Positions 55,874 through 64,000 of a DNA stretch of 64,000 nucleotides are shown in pieces. Source of the DNA: an uncultured Acidobacteriota bacterium (GTDB lineage: Bacteria; Acidobacteriota; Terriglobia; Acidiferrales; UBA7541). A model generated the notes under the pieces. The model was not told where the DNA came from, did no database searches, and saw only the letters and a list, made by a program, of their open reading frames with translations. A program made the translations under genes and the position numbers. Every line of letters starts with the position of its first letter. Within the stretch, counting starts at the first letter, position 1. The stretch spans positions 196,241 through 260,240 of the forward strand of contig CAVQBU010000019.1 in NCBI GenBank assembly GCA_963710845.1, written 5' to 3'.

Positions 55874-56059
55874 AAAAGGGAAAACAGTCTATCGCAATAA
55901 AGCGGCCGAGCACAGGCACTCTTGCTTTCGCGGGGGTAACTCAGCTACGGCGGGATTAACAAGCACAGCGGCACGCGAACGCCAAGCATTCGTAGCGGCG
56001 CACTTCAAGCGCCATTGCTGAAACATCGCGGATCGTCCGCGATCCGAATTCTGCAGCCG

Positions 56060-57310
56060 CTAGCCTCTGCCAGTTTCAGGATAAAGCGGCCGTGCCGGCC
56101 GCTCGCCCCCAGGTGTAGCCCCTTCATTCGTCCGAGGTGCCGACGGAGGTTCAGTATGCGGTGCGTTCGAAGTTGTCGCGCGAGGAATTTGCTGCTCGCC
56201 GCGTTCATCGTACCGTCCGAAGATCATTTTCCCGGCCGTCGTCTGATGAACCGAAGTTACGGTGATATCGATGGTCTTGTTAATCATCTTGCGTGCGCCG
56301 TCCACCACCACCATGGTCCCGTCATCCAGATACGCCACGCCTTGGTTGTATTCTTTTCCTTCGCGCAAAATAAATACGCGCATCGTCTCACCGGGTAGCA
56401 CCACCGGCTTCAACGCATTCGCCAGCTGATTCACATTCAAAATCTCGATCCCCTGCAGCGCCGCAACCTTATTCAAATTGAAATCGTTGGTCACGATCTT
56501 CGCGTCGTAGCGCTTTGCGAGTTCAATTAGCTTCAGGTCCACTTCCGGAATCTGCAGAAAATCGTCATCAGCGATTTGCACCTCCAGGTGCGCCATCTTC
56601 TGAATCCGTTGCAGCACTTCTAACCCGCGCCGTCCGCGCTGCCGCTTCAACGGATCCGCTGAATCCGCCACCAATTGCAATTCATGCAGCACAAACTGCG
56701 GAATAATCACCGTGCCATCCAAAAATTGCGCGTCCGCAATATCCGCTACGCGCCCATCAATAATCACGCTGGTATCCAGCACCTTGAACGAGTGCTTCAA
56801 GCTGCGTTCGCTGCCGAACAATCCACCCAGTGCCTGCAGATTGAGCATGTCGCCCTTATTCGCGCCCAGAATCAACCCGATATAAGCCATGACCAGAAAT
56901 GCCGCCAGGCTGAAAAACGACCGCGTGCTCTCCGGCATGATCGTATGCGTCAAAATCAGCGACGTCAGGTAGGCGCCCAACAACCCCAGGATCGACCCCA
57001 CCGCCGCGCCAATCAACCGCCGCAAACTGGCGTGCCGCAGCCTCAGCTCGAATAAAATCACCGCCAACCCGAACAAAAATCCCGTCGCCGCGCCAGAAAG
57101 AGGCGTCACGCTGAACGGCCGGAAATGAAAGCCCGCCGCGACGCACACGGCCATGAACACCAGCCGTATCCCCAGCATGTCCCAAAACGTGCCGACGTGA
57201 TCGTGTCCGTTACGCGAGGAAGGAGATGCCTGTTTGGGGGAATTTTCAGGCGCTGCTACAACGACGGGAGGGCGAATCTGAGACCCAGGGTTCCTCTGCA
57301 TGTTTCCCAC
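56060..57310 (-). CDS. membrane-anchored PIN/TRAM domain protein (YacL-like)
   Basis: N-terminal TM helices, PIN core FKVLDTSVIIDGR and a C-terminal TRAM-like beta domain. Sits upstream of ispD-ispF, as in the yacL-ispD-ispF arrangement. Confidence 0.8.
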   Translation of the reverse strand: MGNMQRNPGSQIRPPVVVAAPENSPKQASPSSRNGHDHVGTFWDMLGIRLVFMAVCVAAGFHFRPFSVTPLSGAATGFLFGLAVILFELRLRHASLRRLIGAAVGSILGLLGAYLTSLILTHTIMPESTRSFFSLAAFLVMAYIGLILGANKGDMLNLQALGGLFGSERSLKHSFKVLDTSVIIDGRVADIADAQFLDGTVIIPQFVLHELQLVADSADPLKRQRGRRGLEVLQRIQKMAHLEVQIADDDFLQIPEVDLKLIELAKRYDAKIVTNDFNLNKVAALQGIEILNVNQLANALKPVVLPGETMRVFILREGKEYNQGVAYLDDGTMVVVDGARKMINKTIDITVTSVHQTTAGKMIFGRYDERGEQQIPRATTSNAPHTEPPSAPRTNEGATPGGERPARPLYPETGRG

Positions 57311-57655
57311 CTTATAAATATGAATAAGACGAATCGCGCCTCTTAGTTCGTCTCGAGCTGTTTTTCCGGCCTATCAGATTTGGAGCGCCCCGCCGGGATG
57401 ATCAGACCTGCTTTATGAAATCCTTATGAATCCAGCAGTATAGCACCGTGCAGGAAGCCTCCGTCAACGAGCTCTGTTCGCGCCATGTAACCCCGCCGGG
57501 CAGAGCCCGGTTATTAAATTTAGACTATTGCACGAACAGACGGATAGGCTCCGCTACGAACCGTGCGGCAAGTCTCGGAACAACGGCGTCCCGAGCGAGC
57601 GGGACGGTACCGTACCGTACAAACCGCGTGAGAGACGATCACAGCCCGGCGCTAC

Positions 57656-58480
57656 TTATTTGATTTGTGCAACGCGTCCTTCAGTGGGGAACTTCTGGAA
57701 TTGCAAAGCGTCATGCCCCGGCACCACGCGGTCCGGCGACCCCGCAAGCTCAATCATCCGCGCTTGCGCTGCAATATTGGCCGCATGATCGGCATCACTG
57801 AACGTAGCGCTAGCCAAATGAGAAGAAAGGTTAAGATAAAAATAACAATTGTCCGAAGCCAGCACGAATGTCGGATTCCCCGCCACCCTAAGATACTGCG
57901 AGGCATAAGTGTGGCGCGCACCAGTGTAAGCGCGAATCCCCGGAAAAATTTCCACGTTATCGCCATCCACCAGACGAATGCGCCCCTCGGTGTTCAGCTG
58001 CACCAGTTCCTGAGCGTCCGCCGGATCAATTCCGCCATGGTCTCCGCCCGGCTGCCAGGCGTCCATCGTGTAGTAGCGATATTCCTCTTTCTGAATCCAT
58101 ACGTTCGCCCTCGGAAAGAGGTCGAGTCCGCCCATGTGGTCCCAATGCGCATGGCTGATCACGATGTCCGTGACCTCTTCCGGCTTCACGCCTGCAGTTT
58201 CGACTGCCTTATCCGGCCGCACATAATCCTTCATCGGAAAATCTTTCAGAAATGTATCCCGATGAAAACCGCTGTCGAAAAGAATCGTGCGACCTCCGCC
58301 CCTGATCAACCAAACCACCATCGCAATCTCGCCTTTCTGATCCTTAGGGCCTCCGACTACCAGTTCGGACACCGGCACGTCCGGCACGCTCGCGTAACGT
58401 ATCGCGTGAATCGAATACTCCGGCGTCGCAGGCGCTCCCAGCAACGCAGCGACCATCACCACGATCAAAAAAGGTTTCAT
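57656..58480 (-). CDS. MBL-fold metallo-hydrolase (lactonase-like), secreted
   Basis: Signal peptide and the ISHAHWDHMGG motif. Confidence 0.8.
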   Translation of the reverse strand: MKPFLIVVMVAALLGAPATPEYSIHAIRYASVPDVPVSELVVGGPKDQKGEIAMVVWLIRGGGRTILFDSGFHRDTFLKDFPMKDYVRPDKAVETAGVKPEEVTDIVISHAHWDHMGGLDLFPRANVWIQKEEYRYYTMDAWQPGGDHGGIDPADAQELVQLNTEGRIRLVDGDNVEIFPGIRAYTGARHTYASQYLRVAGNPTFVLASDNCYFYLNLSSHLASATFSDADHAANIAAQARMIELAGSPDRVVPGHDALQFQKFPTEGRVAQIK

Positions 58481-58532
58481 GTCGGCTCGATGATACGAAG
58501 AACTGCGCGGACTTCAAGAGGGAAATCAGCAA

Positions 58533-59699
58533 TCAAACGTAGAACTTCGGCACGCGCCGACCCAGCGCGCACAACAAATCAGACGTCACCGTCCCGATCT
58601 CATGTGCCACTTCGGAAACTTCAATCGCCGCGTCGCCGTCCTTTCCGTAAATTGTCACCACGTCGCCCAGCACCGCTTCCGGCACGTCGGTCAAATCGAG
58701 CGTCGTCAAATCCATTGAAATCGTTCCCACCAACGGCACGCGCTTCCCGCGCACCAGCGCCCATCCGCGGTTTGTCCGCGCGCGCACCACGCCGTCGGCA
58801 TAACCCGCGTTGATGACTGCAATGCGCGACGGTCGCTTCGTAACGAATCGCGCCGCGTAGCCCACTCCCTCTCCCGTCGCCACTTTACGCAGCGAAATGA
58901 TGCGCGCCCGCAGTGAAAGGCACGGCTGTAGTGCCACCTGGCCCATCACTTCCTGTTTTTTCTGCGGCGGGTCAAACGACTGGTAATACCCGTAAAGAAT
59001 CGCTCCGGGACGAACCATGTCCGCCCACGTGCTCGGCCGCGCGCAAATCGCGCCGCTGTTCGCCATGTGCACGATCCCTGGCGAGACGCCCAGCGCGCGC
59101 AAACGGTCCAGACACGCCAGAAAAACTTTCTCCTGGTCGTTCGTCTGCTGCGCCGTGAAATCTTCCGCGGAGGCGAAATGCGTGAACGTTCCTTCCAGCT
59201 CGATGTGCTTGCACGCGGCCAGCGTTCGCGCGAAGCTGTCCACTTCATCCGCGCCAATCCCCAGCCTGTTCATGCCCGTATTAATTTTCAGATGAAATCG
59301 CACCCGCGATTTTCCGCCCGCCGCCTTCGCGGTACGCTCTAGATGGCCCAGATCGTCCACGCGGGTAACCGTGGGCGTCAGATTATTCTGGATCAGCCGC
59401 TTTTCTTCTCCCGGCCAGAATCCCGTCAATATAAGAATCCGTTTGCGAATCCCCGCCTCGCGCAGTTCCACGCCTTCATTCGCGCAGGTTACCCCGAACC
59501 ACTCCGTCCCAGCCTTCTGCAGCGCCTTCGCCACCGGCACCGCGCCCAGCCCGTAGGCGTTCGACTTCACCACCGCCAGAATTTTTCGCGACGCTCCCAC
59601 GTGTTTGCGAATCGTGCGTAGGTTGTGCAGGATGGCCCGGAGCGAAATTTCGGCCCACACCGGACGTCCTGCAAACTTTATTGTTTTCGTCATCGTCAT
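58533..59699 (-). CDS. alr: alanine racemase
   Basis: PLP-lysine motif AVVKSNAYGLG. 388 aa. Confidence 0.9.
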   Translation of the reverse strand: MTMTKTIKFAGRPVWAEISLRAILHNLRTIRKHVGASRKILAVVKSNAYGLGAVPVAKALQKAGTEWFGVTCANEGVELREAGIRKRILILTGFWPGEEKRLIQNNLTPTVTRVDDLGHLERTAKAAGGKSRVRFHLKINTGMNRLGIGADEVDSFARTLAACKHIELEGTFTHFASAEDFTAQQTNDQEKVFLACLDRLRALGVSPGIVHMANSGAICARPSTWADMVRPGAILYGYYQSFDPPQKKQEVMGQVALQPCLSLRARIISLRKVATGEGVGYAARFVTKRPSRIAVINAGYADGVVRARTNRGWALVRGKRVPLVGTISMDLTTLDLTDVPEAVLGDVVTIYGKDGDAAIEVSEVAHEIGTVTSDLLCALGRRVPKFYV

Positions 59700-59976
59700 T
59701 TAGAATGCCAGACTCCCCGCCGCGCACGCGAACGAATTTGCCATTCGCAATTCGCTTCGCGCCGTTTAGGTAAACATCCTGATTGGATTCTTGCAGGATG
59801 TCTGCCAACGGCGGGTATGCCCGCAGCCTTCGAGCGCGTTCATCGTAAGCAGCAGATTAAAATAGGGTTACGGAGATACCGCTACAGCTATAGGGGGTCT
59901 TTCAGGAGGACCACACCTCAAAATTTGCAGCCATTCCGACACGCGCGTGGGTCCGCGCGCACAATCCAACCGACCG

Positions 59977-61350
59977 TTACTCCTCCGGCCCGCCCCCCGC
60001 GCTCCACGCATCCGGCGCCGCCTCTTCAAATCGCGTATGCCGCGCCAGAAAAACAAAATTCAAATTCCCCGTGGGACCATTGCGCTGCTTGGCGATGATC
60101 AGTTCCGCCTTCGCGCGATCTTCATCCGGCAAATCCGTCTTATAAAAATTCGGCCGGTTGATGAACAACACCACGTCCGCATCCTGCTCAATCGCGCCCG
60201 ACTCGCGCAGGTCCGCCAATTGCGGCTTTCGGTCTTCCCGCTCCGGCGCGCGCGTCAACTGGCTCAGCACCACGATCGGCACCTTCAATTCCTTCGCCAA
60301 GCCTTTCAGCGCGCGCGACATTCCCGAAACCTCTTCCTGCCGGTTGCTCTGCCGCCCCATATTCGTAGGCACCACCAGTTGCAAATAATCCACGATGATC
60401 AATGAAAGCCCGCGATCGCGTTTCAGCCGCCGCGCCTTTGCGCCCATTTCCATAACCGTCGAAGAAGCCGAATCATCAATCCACAGCGGCGCCTCCGCCA
60501 GATTCGTCAGCGCTCCAGTCACTTTCCCCCAGTCGTCGCGGTTCATGTGCCCGGTGCGGAATTTGTGCGCGTCAACGCGTGCTTCCGATGCCAGCAGGCG
60601 GAGCAGCAACGATTCCTTCGACATTTCCAAGCTGAATATCGCCACCGGCTCGCGATGCCGCACCGCCACATTCTCCGCGATATTCAGCGCCAGCGCCGTT
60701 TTCCCCATCGAAGGCCGCGCCGCCAGAATGATCAGCTCCGAAGGCTGCAGGCCGGCGGTTTCATTGTCGAGGTTCGCGTAGCCCGTAGCCAGGCCGGTAA
60801 TCCGCCGCCCTTCGCTGAATATTTTTTCCAGCCGCTCGAAATTATCTCGAACCAGTTCTTTGACGCCGATCAGCCCGGCCTTTACCCGGTCTTCCGCTAG
60901 CTGAAAAATCACCGACTCCGCGCGGTCCAGAATCACATCCGCATCGTCACCTGCCGCCAGCGCCTGCTCTTGAATCGCCGACGCCGAAAATATCAGGTTG
61001 CGCAGCACCGACTTCTCTTTCACAATCCGCGCGTAATGCTCCACGTTGGTGATGCGCGGCAGCCCGTCCGCCAGTTGCGATAGATAAGCAATACCGCCCG
61101 CAGCTTCCAGCTCGCCGCGTCGCGACAGGTCTTCCATCAACGTCACAATATCAATCGCCTGCTGCTTTTCTCCCAACTGCACCATGCGCTCAAAAATCTG
61201 CCGGTGCTGCGGCAGAAAGAAATCATCCGACCGCACCTTCTCGATCGCCGCATTCAGCGCGTGGTTATCCAGCAGTATCGCGCCGAGAATGCTGCGCTCT
61301 GCCTCCAGATTGTGCGGTAAAGGTCGTTCCAGTGTGGCGTCGCCTGGCAT
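59977..61350 (-). CDS. dnaB: replicative DNA helicase
   Basis: PHNLEAERSILGAIL, Walker A ARPSMGKTALALN, and LIIVDYLQL. Confidence 0.95.
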   Translation of the reverse strand: MPGDATLERPLPHNLEAERSILGAILLDNHALNAAIEKVRSDDFFLPQHRQIFERMVQLGEKQQAIDIVTLMEDLSRRGELEAAGGIAYLSQLADGLPRITNVEHYARIVKEKSVLRNLIFSASAIQEQALAAGDDADVILDRAESVIFQLAEDRVKAGLIGVKELVRDNFERLEKIFSEGRRITGLATGYANLDNETAGLQPSELIILAARPSMGKTALALNIAENVAVRHREPVAIFSLEMSKESLLLRLLASEARVDAHKFRTGHMNRDDWGKVTGALTNLAEAPLWIDDSASSTVMEMGAKARRLKRDRGLSLIIVDYLQLVVPTNMGRQSNRQEEVSGMSRALKGLAKELKVPIVVLSQLTRAPEREDRKPQLADLRESGAIEQDADVVLFINRPNFYKTDLPDEDRAKAELIIAKQRNGPTGNLNFVFLARHTRFEEAAPDAWSAGGGPEE

Positions 61351-61474
61351 GGTCTGTGTTTGTGCTCGAATGTTATGGCGGCAAACTTACGACTGCAATC
61401 TTACGCCCGGTTGCACTCCGCGACAACCGTACCACCCTGTGCAATAAATCGGAAAAGTGGAAAAACCTCGGCGC

Positions 61475-61506
61475 AAAAAAAAGGCGTCCCGAGTTTCGAG
61501 ACGCCC
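61475..61506 (-). terminator. rho-independent terminator after rplI
   Basis: Minus strand reads GGCGTCTCG-aaact-CGGGACGCC followed by T8. Confidence 0.7.
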
Positions 61507-61570
61507 AATCCTCTAGGCATTCCTAAAATCTACCAGCCCGCGACAGCGCAAGGCGTAAAACGAAAGCGCC

Positions 61571-62017
61571 TTACTCTTCCTTCTTCACGGCAACCTTCAC
61601 ATTCACGATCACTTCGCGATGCAGCTTCACCGGAACTTCATACTCGCCCATCACCTTGATCGGCTCGGCCAGCACAATCTTCTTCCGGTCAATCTCAAAG
61701 CCCTTAGCCGCCAGCGCCTCGGCCACATCCAGCGACGTCACCGACCCGAACAACTGGTCGTTCTCGCCAGCCTTACGCGTGAATTCCAACGAAACGGCCG
61801 CGAGCTGCTCGCCCTGCTTCTGCGCCGCATCCTTCTCCGTGGCTTCCTTCTTCGCGAAGTGCGCCCGCATCCGCTCCAGCCGCTTCAGGTTTCCGGCCGT
61901 AGCTTCCAGCCCCAGCTTCCGCGGCAACAGAAAATTGCGCGCGTAGCCCTCGGCAACTTCCACCAACTCGCCGCGGTTTCCCAGCTTTTCCACATCTTCC
62001 TGCAAAATGATTTGCAT
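61571..62017 (-). CDS. rplI: 50S ribosomal protein L9
   Basis: MQIILQEDVEKLGNRGELVEVAEGYARNFLLP. Confidence 0.9.
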   Translation of the reverse strand: MQIILQEDVEKLGNRGELVEVAEGYARNFLLPRKLGLEATAGNLKRLERMRAHFAKKEATEKDAAQKQGEQLAAVSLEFTRKAGENDQLFGSVTSLDVAEALAAKGFEIDRKKIVLAEPIKVMGEYEVPVKLHREVIVNVKVAVKKEE

Positions 62018-62099
62018 TGTATGCCGACCTCGAATCCTCTAAACGTAGCGCCGGCTTCTCGCCGGCACATTTTGTTCCTTGCCTGGTTGCTACAGCGAA

Positions 62100-62453
62100 C
62101 TACAATTCCGCCGCGAACGGCAGCAACGCAATATTCTGCGCCCGCTTGATCGCCACGGTCAGCCAACGCTGGTGCCGCGAACACGTTCCCGTCATGCGCC
62201 GAGGCAGAATCTTCCCGCGCTCCTGAATGAACGGCGCCAAAATCTCGGCTTTCTTGTAATCAATGAAGTCGGCCTTGTCCACGCAGAAGCGGCAAACCTT
62301 CTTCTTACGCACGAAATTCCGCTTCCCGCGCTTCGCTGGTCCGCCAGGCCGTCCTCCGCCTGGACCTCCGGGTCCGCCGCCCGGTCCCGAAGACCGCATC
62401 CCTCCTGACGAGGGGCCGTGCGATTGCTGCTGTGGTGCGTTTTCTTCTGCCAT
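62100..62453 (-). CDS. rpsR: 30S ribosomal protein S18 (with Gly/Pro-rich N-terminal extension)
   Basis: [36 protein letters not shown] core. Confidence 0.9.
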   Translation of the reverse strand: MAEENAPQQQSHGPSSGGMRSSGPGGGPGGPGGGRPGGPAKRGKRNFVRKKKVCRFCVDKADFIDYKKAEILAPFIQERGKILPRRMTGTCSRHQRWLTVAIKRAQNIALLPFAAEL

Positions 62454-62607
62454 TCAAGTCTCCTGACTAATTTCCCGTCTCTAATTCAAATCTCGAATCT
62501 TAGATCTAATTTCGGAACGGCACGGCTTCAGCCGTGCCGAAGATCACCGAAAAGCTCCGGGCTTCAGCCCCTGAAGCCGATTTCGCTTCAGTCGGCCCAA
62601 ACCGCTT

Positions 62608-63039
62608 TTACGCTGTCGGCGCAGACTGCTCGGTCGGTGGCGCGATTGGCGCAACAGGAGCCGCCGGCGCAGTCACCGCCTTACGCGGACGGCGCGCCGC
62701 ACGACGTTCGCGGTGCCGCTTCAACTTTTCCTGCCGCTTCAATTCTTCATCCAGCCGCACGGTCAAGTACTTGATCACCGGATCCGCCACCTTCAACCGG
62801 CGCTCCAGCTCCTTCACCACTTCGCCGTGAGTGGTTTTGATGACCATGTACACGAAGTATCCCTCGTGCAGTTTCTGCACGCGGTACGCCATGCGCTTCC
62901 GGCCCCACTTGGCGACCGACTCGATCTTCGAGCCCTTCTCCGCCGCCGTGCTTTCCAAGGTCGCAATCACCTTGTCAATGTCCGCTTCCGGCGTATCCGG
63001 CCGGCAAATAAAAATCAGATCGTACTGACGCTCTTCCAT
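62608..63039 (-). CDS. rpsF: 30S ribosomal protein S6
   Basis: YDLIFICRPD...WGRKRMAY. Lies in the rpsF-rpsR-rplI order. Confidence 0.9.
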   Translation of the reverse strand: MEERQYDLIFICRPDTPEADIDKVIATLESTAAEKGSKIESVAKWGRKRMAYRVQKLHEGYFVYMVIKTTHGEVVKELERRLKVADPVIKYLTVRLDEELKRQEKLKRHRERRAARRPRKAVTAPAAPVAPIAPPTEQSAPTA

Positions 63040-63113
63040 ATGTCCTCGATTCCTCGTCTTCTCTTTCCTAAATTCTTCTTAACTAACTCCCGAGACCTAA
63101 AACGAACAACAGT

Positions 63114-63704
63114 TCACTCCGAATCTTCTTCGCCAACTTCAACGCGCCGGTTGAACTTCGCCATCGCCTTCCCAGCGCCCTCAGCCACAATCAACTCCAC
63201 GGCTTCAGCAGCATCCACTACCATCTGCGCCGCGATCTCGCGCTCCGGCTTCCGCATCGTCGCCAGCACGTATTCCGCCATGCCCTCCAGCGGATATTCC
63301 GGCTTCACTCCCAGCCGCACACGAATAAATTCATTCGACCCGATCGCCGCAATGACCGACTTCAATCCGTTGTGCCCGCCGGCGCTGCCTCGTTCCCGAA
63401 TCCGCAGCATGCCCCACGGTATTGCCGCCTCATCGCTCAACACGATCATTTCAGCGGCCTTGCACTCGTACCGCTCCAGCAGAATCCGCACCGCCGTGCC
63501 GCTCAGATTCATCATCGTCTGCGGCTTGGCCAGCACCACTTCATTTCCCGCGATCGTCCCGAGCCCAACATACGACTTCGCTTCCGGCCGCGTCACTCGA
63601 ATTCCGGCGCGCCCGCCGAGCGCATCCACTGCCAGAAAGCCCATGTTGTGCGGCGTGAACTCGTATTCCGGGCCAGGGTTTCCGAGGCCGACGATAAGTC
63701 TCAT
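63114..63704 (-). CDS. pth: peptidyl-tRNA hydrolase
   Basis: MRLIVGLGNPGPEY...HNMGF...GGHNGLKS. Confidence 0.9.
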   Translation of the reverse strand: MRLIVGLGNPGPEYEFTPHNMGFLAVDALGGRAGIRVTRPEAKSYVGLGTIAGNEVVLAKPQTMMNLSGTAVRILLERYECKAAEMIVLSDEAAIPWGMLRIRERGSAGGHNGLKSVIAAIGSNEFIRVRLGVKPEYPLEGMAEYVLATMRKPEREIAAQMVVDAAEAVELIVAEGAGKAMAKFNRRVEVGEEDSE

Positions 63705-63745
63705 TTTTACCCTGAGCGTCCGCCGCTAACCTCGAACCTGCAATC

Positions 63746-64000
63746 CTACTTCTTCTTCTCGGACTTCTCGGCTTTCGCCGCCGGCGCTTCCGCAGTTTCG
63801 CCTTCTTCCCCTTCCACTTCCTTCTTGCCCTTCTTCATTACTTCCGGTTCCGCCGGCGCCGCATCCGCTGTCACTGCCGCATCCGCAGCCGGTTCCTCTT
63901 CCTTCTTCAGCACCACCACGTGCGCGATTACGCGAACTGGGTCCGTCAGCAACTTAATCTTCGCCGGGTCAAACGGCAGATCAGCCGCGCGCAACTGTTT
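63746..64000 (-). CDS. rplY: 50S ribosomal protein L25/Ctc, C-terminal part (5' end outside window)
   Basis: Frame is open to the window edge. ..DPAKIKLLTDPVRVIAHVVVL followed by an acidic/Lys-rich tail. Sits upstream of pth as usual. Confidence 0.7.
   Translation of the reverse strand, partial: KQLRAADLPFDPAKIKLLTDPVRVIAHVVVLKKEEEPAADAAVTADAAPAEPEVMKKGKKEVEGEEGETAEAPAAKAEKSEKKK

Overview
This is a 64-kb high-GC bacterial chromosomal window. Gene content (VWA protein, PilZ proteins, secreted GH30 enzymes, LolA-fold paralogs) suggests Acidobacteriota, but that is inference only. No rRNA, tRNA or CRISPR array was found.

Core region, about 19.8-64 kb. This part is ordinary core genome. It carries a PpiD-like chaperone, transketolase, a two-subunit 2Fe-2S/molybdopterin oxidoreductase, an MFS transporter, folP, a VWA protein, a PilZ-receiver protein, ftsH, tilS, rpmB and a SurA-like PPIase. 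It continues with biotin carboxylase plus a BCCP-like protein, a secreted GH30 glycosidase, a Lol-like ABC/LolA-fold cluster, ada, a HAD hydrolase, acylphosphatase, apt and rlmB. The right end holds ispF, ispD, a PIN/TRAM protein, an MBL hydrolase, alr, dnaB, rplI, rpsR, rpsF, pth and partial rplY.

Accessory region, about 0-19.5 kb. This part is accessory and visibly decaying. It contains:
- a methyltransferase pseudogene;
- a decayed 1.5-kb duplicate of the GH30 gene at 42.7-44.2 kb;
- a third GH30 paralog bracketed by a perfect 23-bp direct repeat;
- a 218-bp repeat module carrying a small CxxC ORF;
- a frameshifted ExeA-like AAA ATPase;
- a roughly 15-kb phage/plasmid-like gene set.

The phage/plasmid-like set comprises an orphan small-terminase-like protein, two HNH endonucleases, a Cas4-like PD-(D/E)XK exonuclease, a putative annealing protein, an Arc-type repressor, a SprT-like protease, a protein with a degenerate P-loop-like layout, and several orphan ORFs. 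No integrase, capsid or large terminase is visible.

Best candidates for something undescribed:
- the rightward four-gene module at 15.6-19.3 kb;
- the terminase-small/HNH element without structural genes;
- a translationally coupled operon at 36.5-37.9 kb that starts with a secreted 75-aa protein made of four 12-aa tandem repeats.

Several genes carry single-base frameshifts, so read-level verification is needed before any of them is interpreted biologically.
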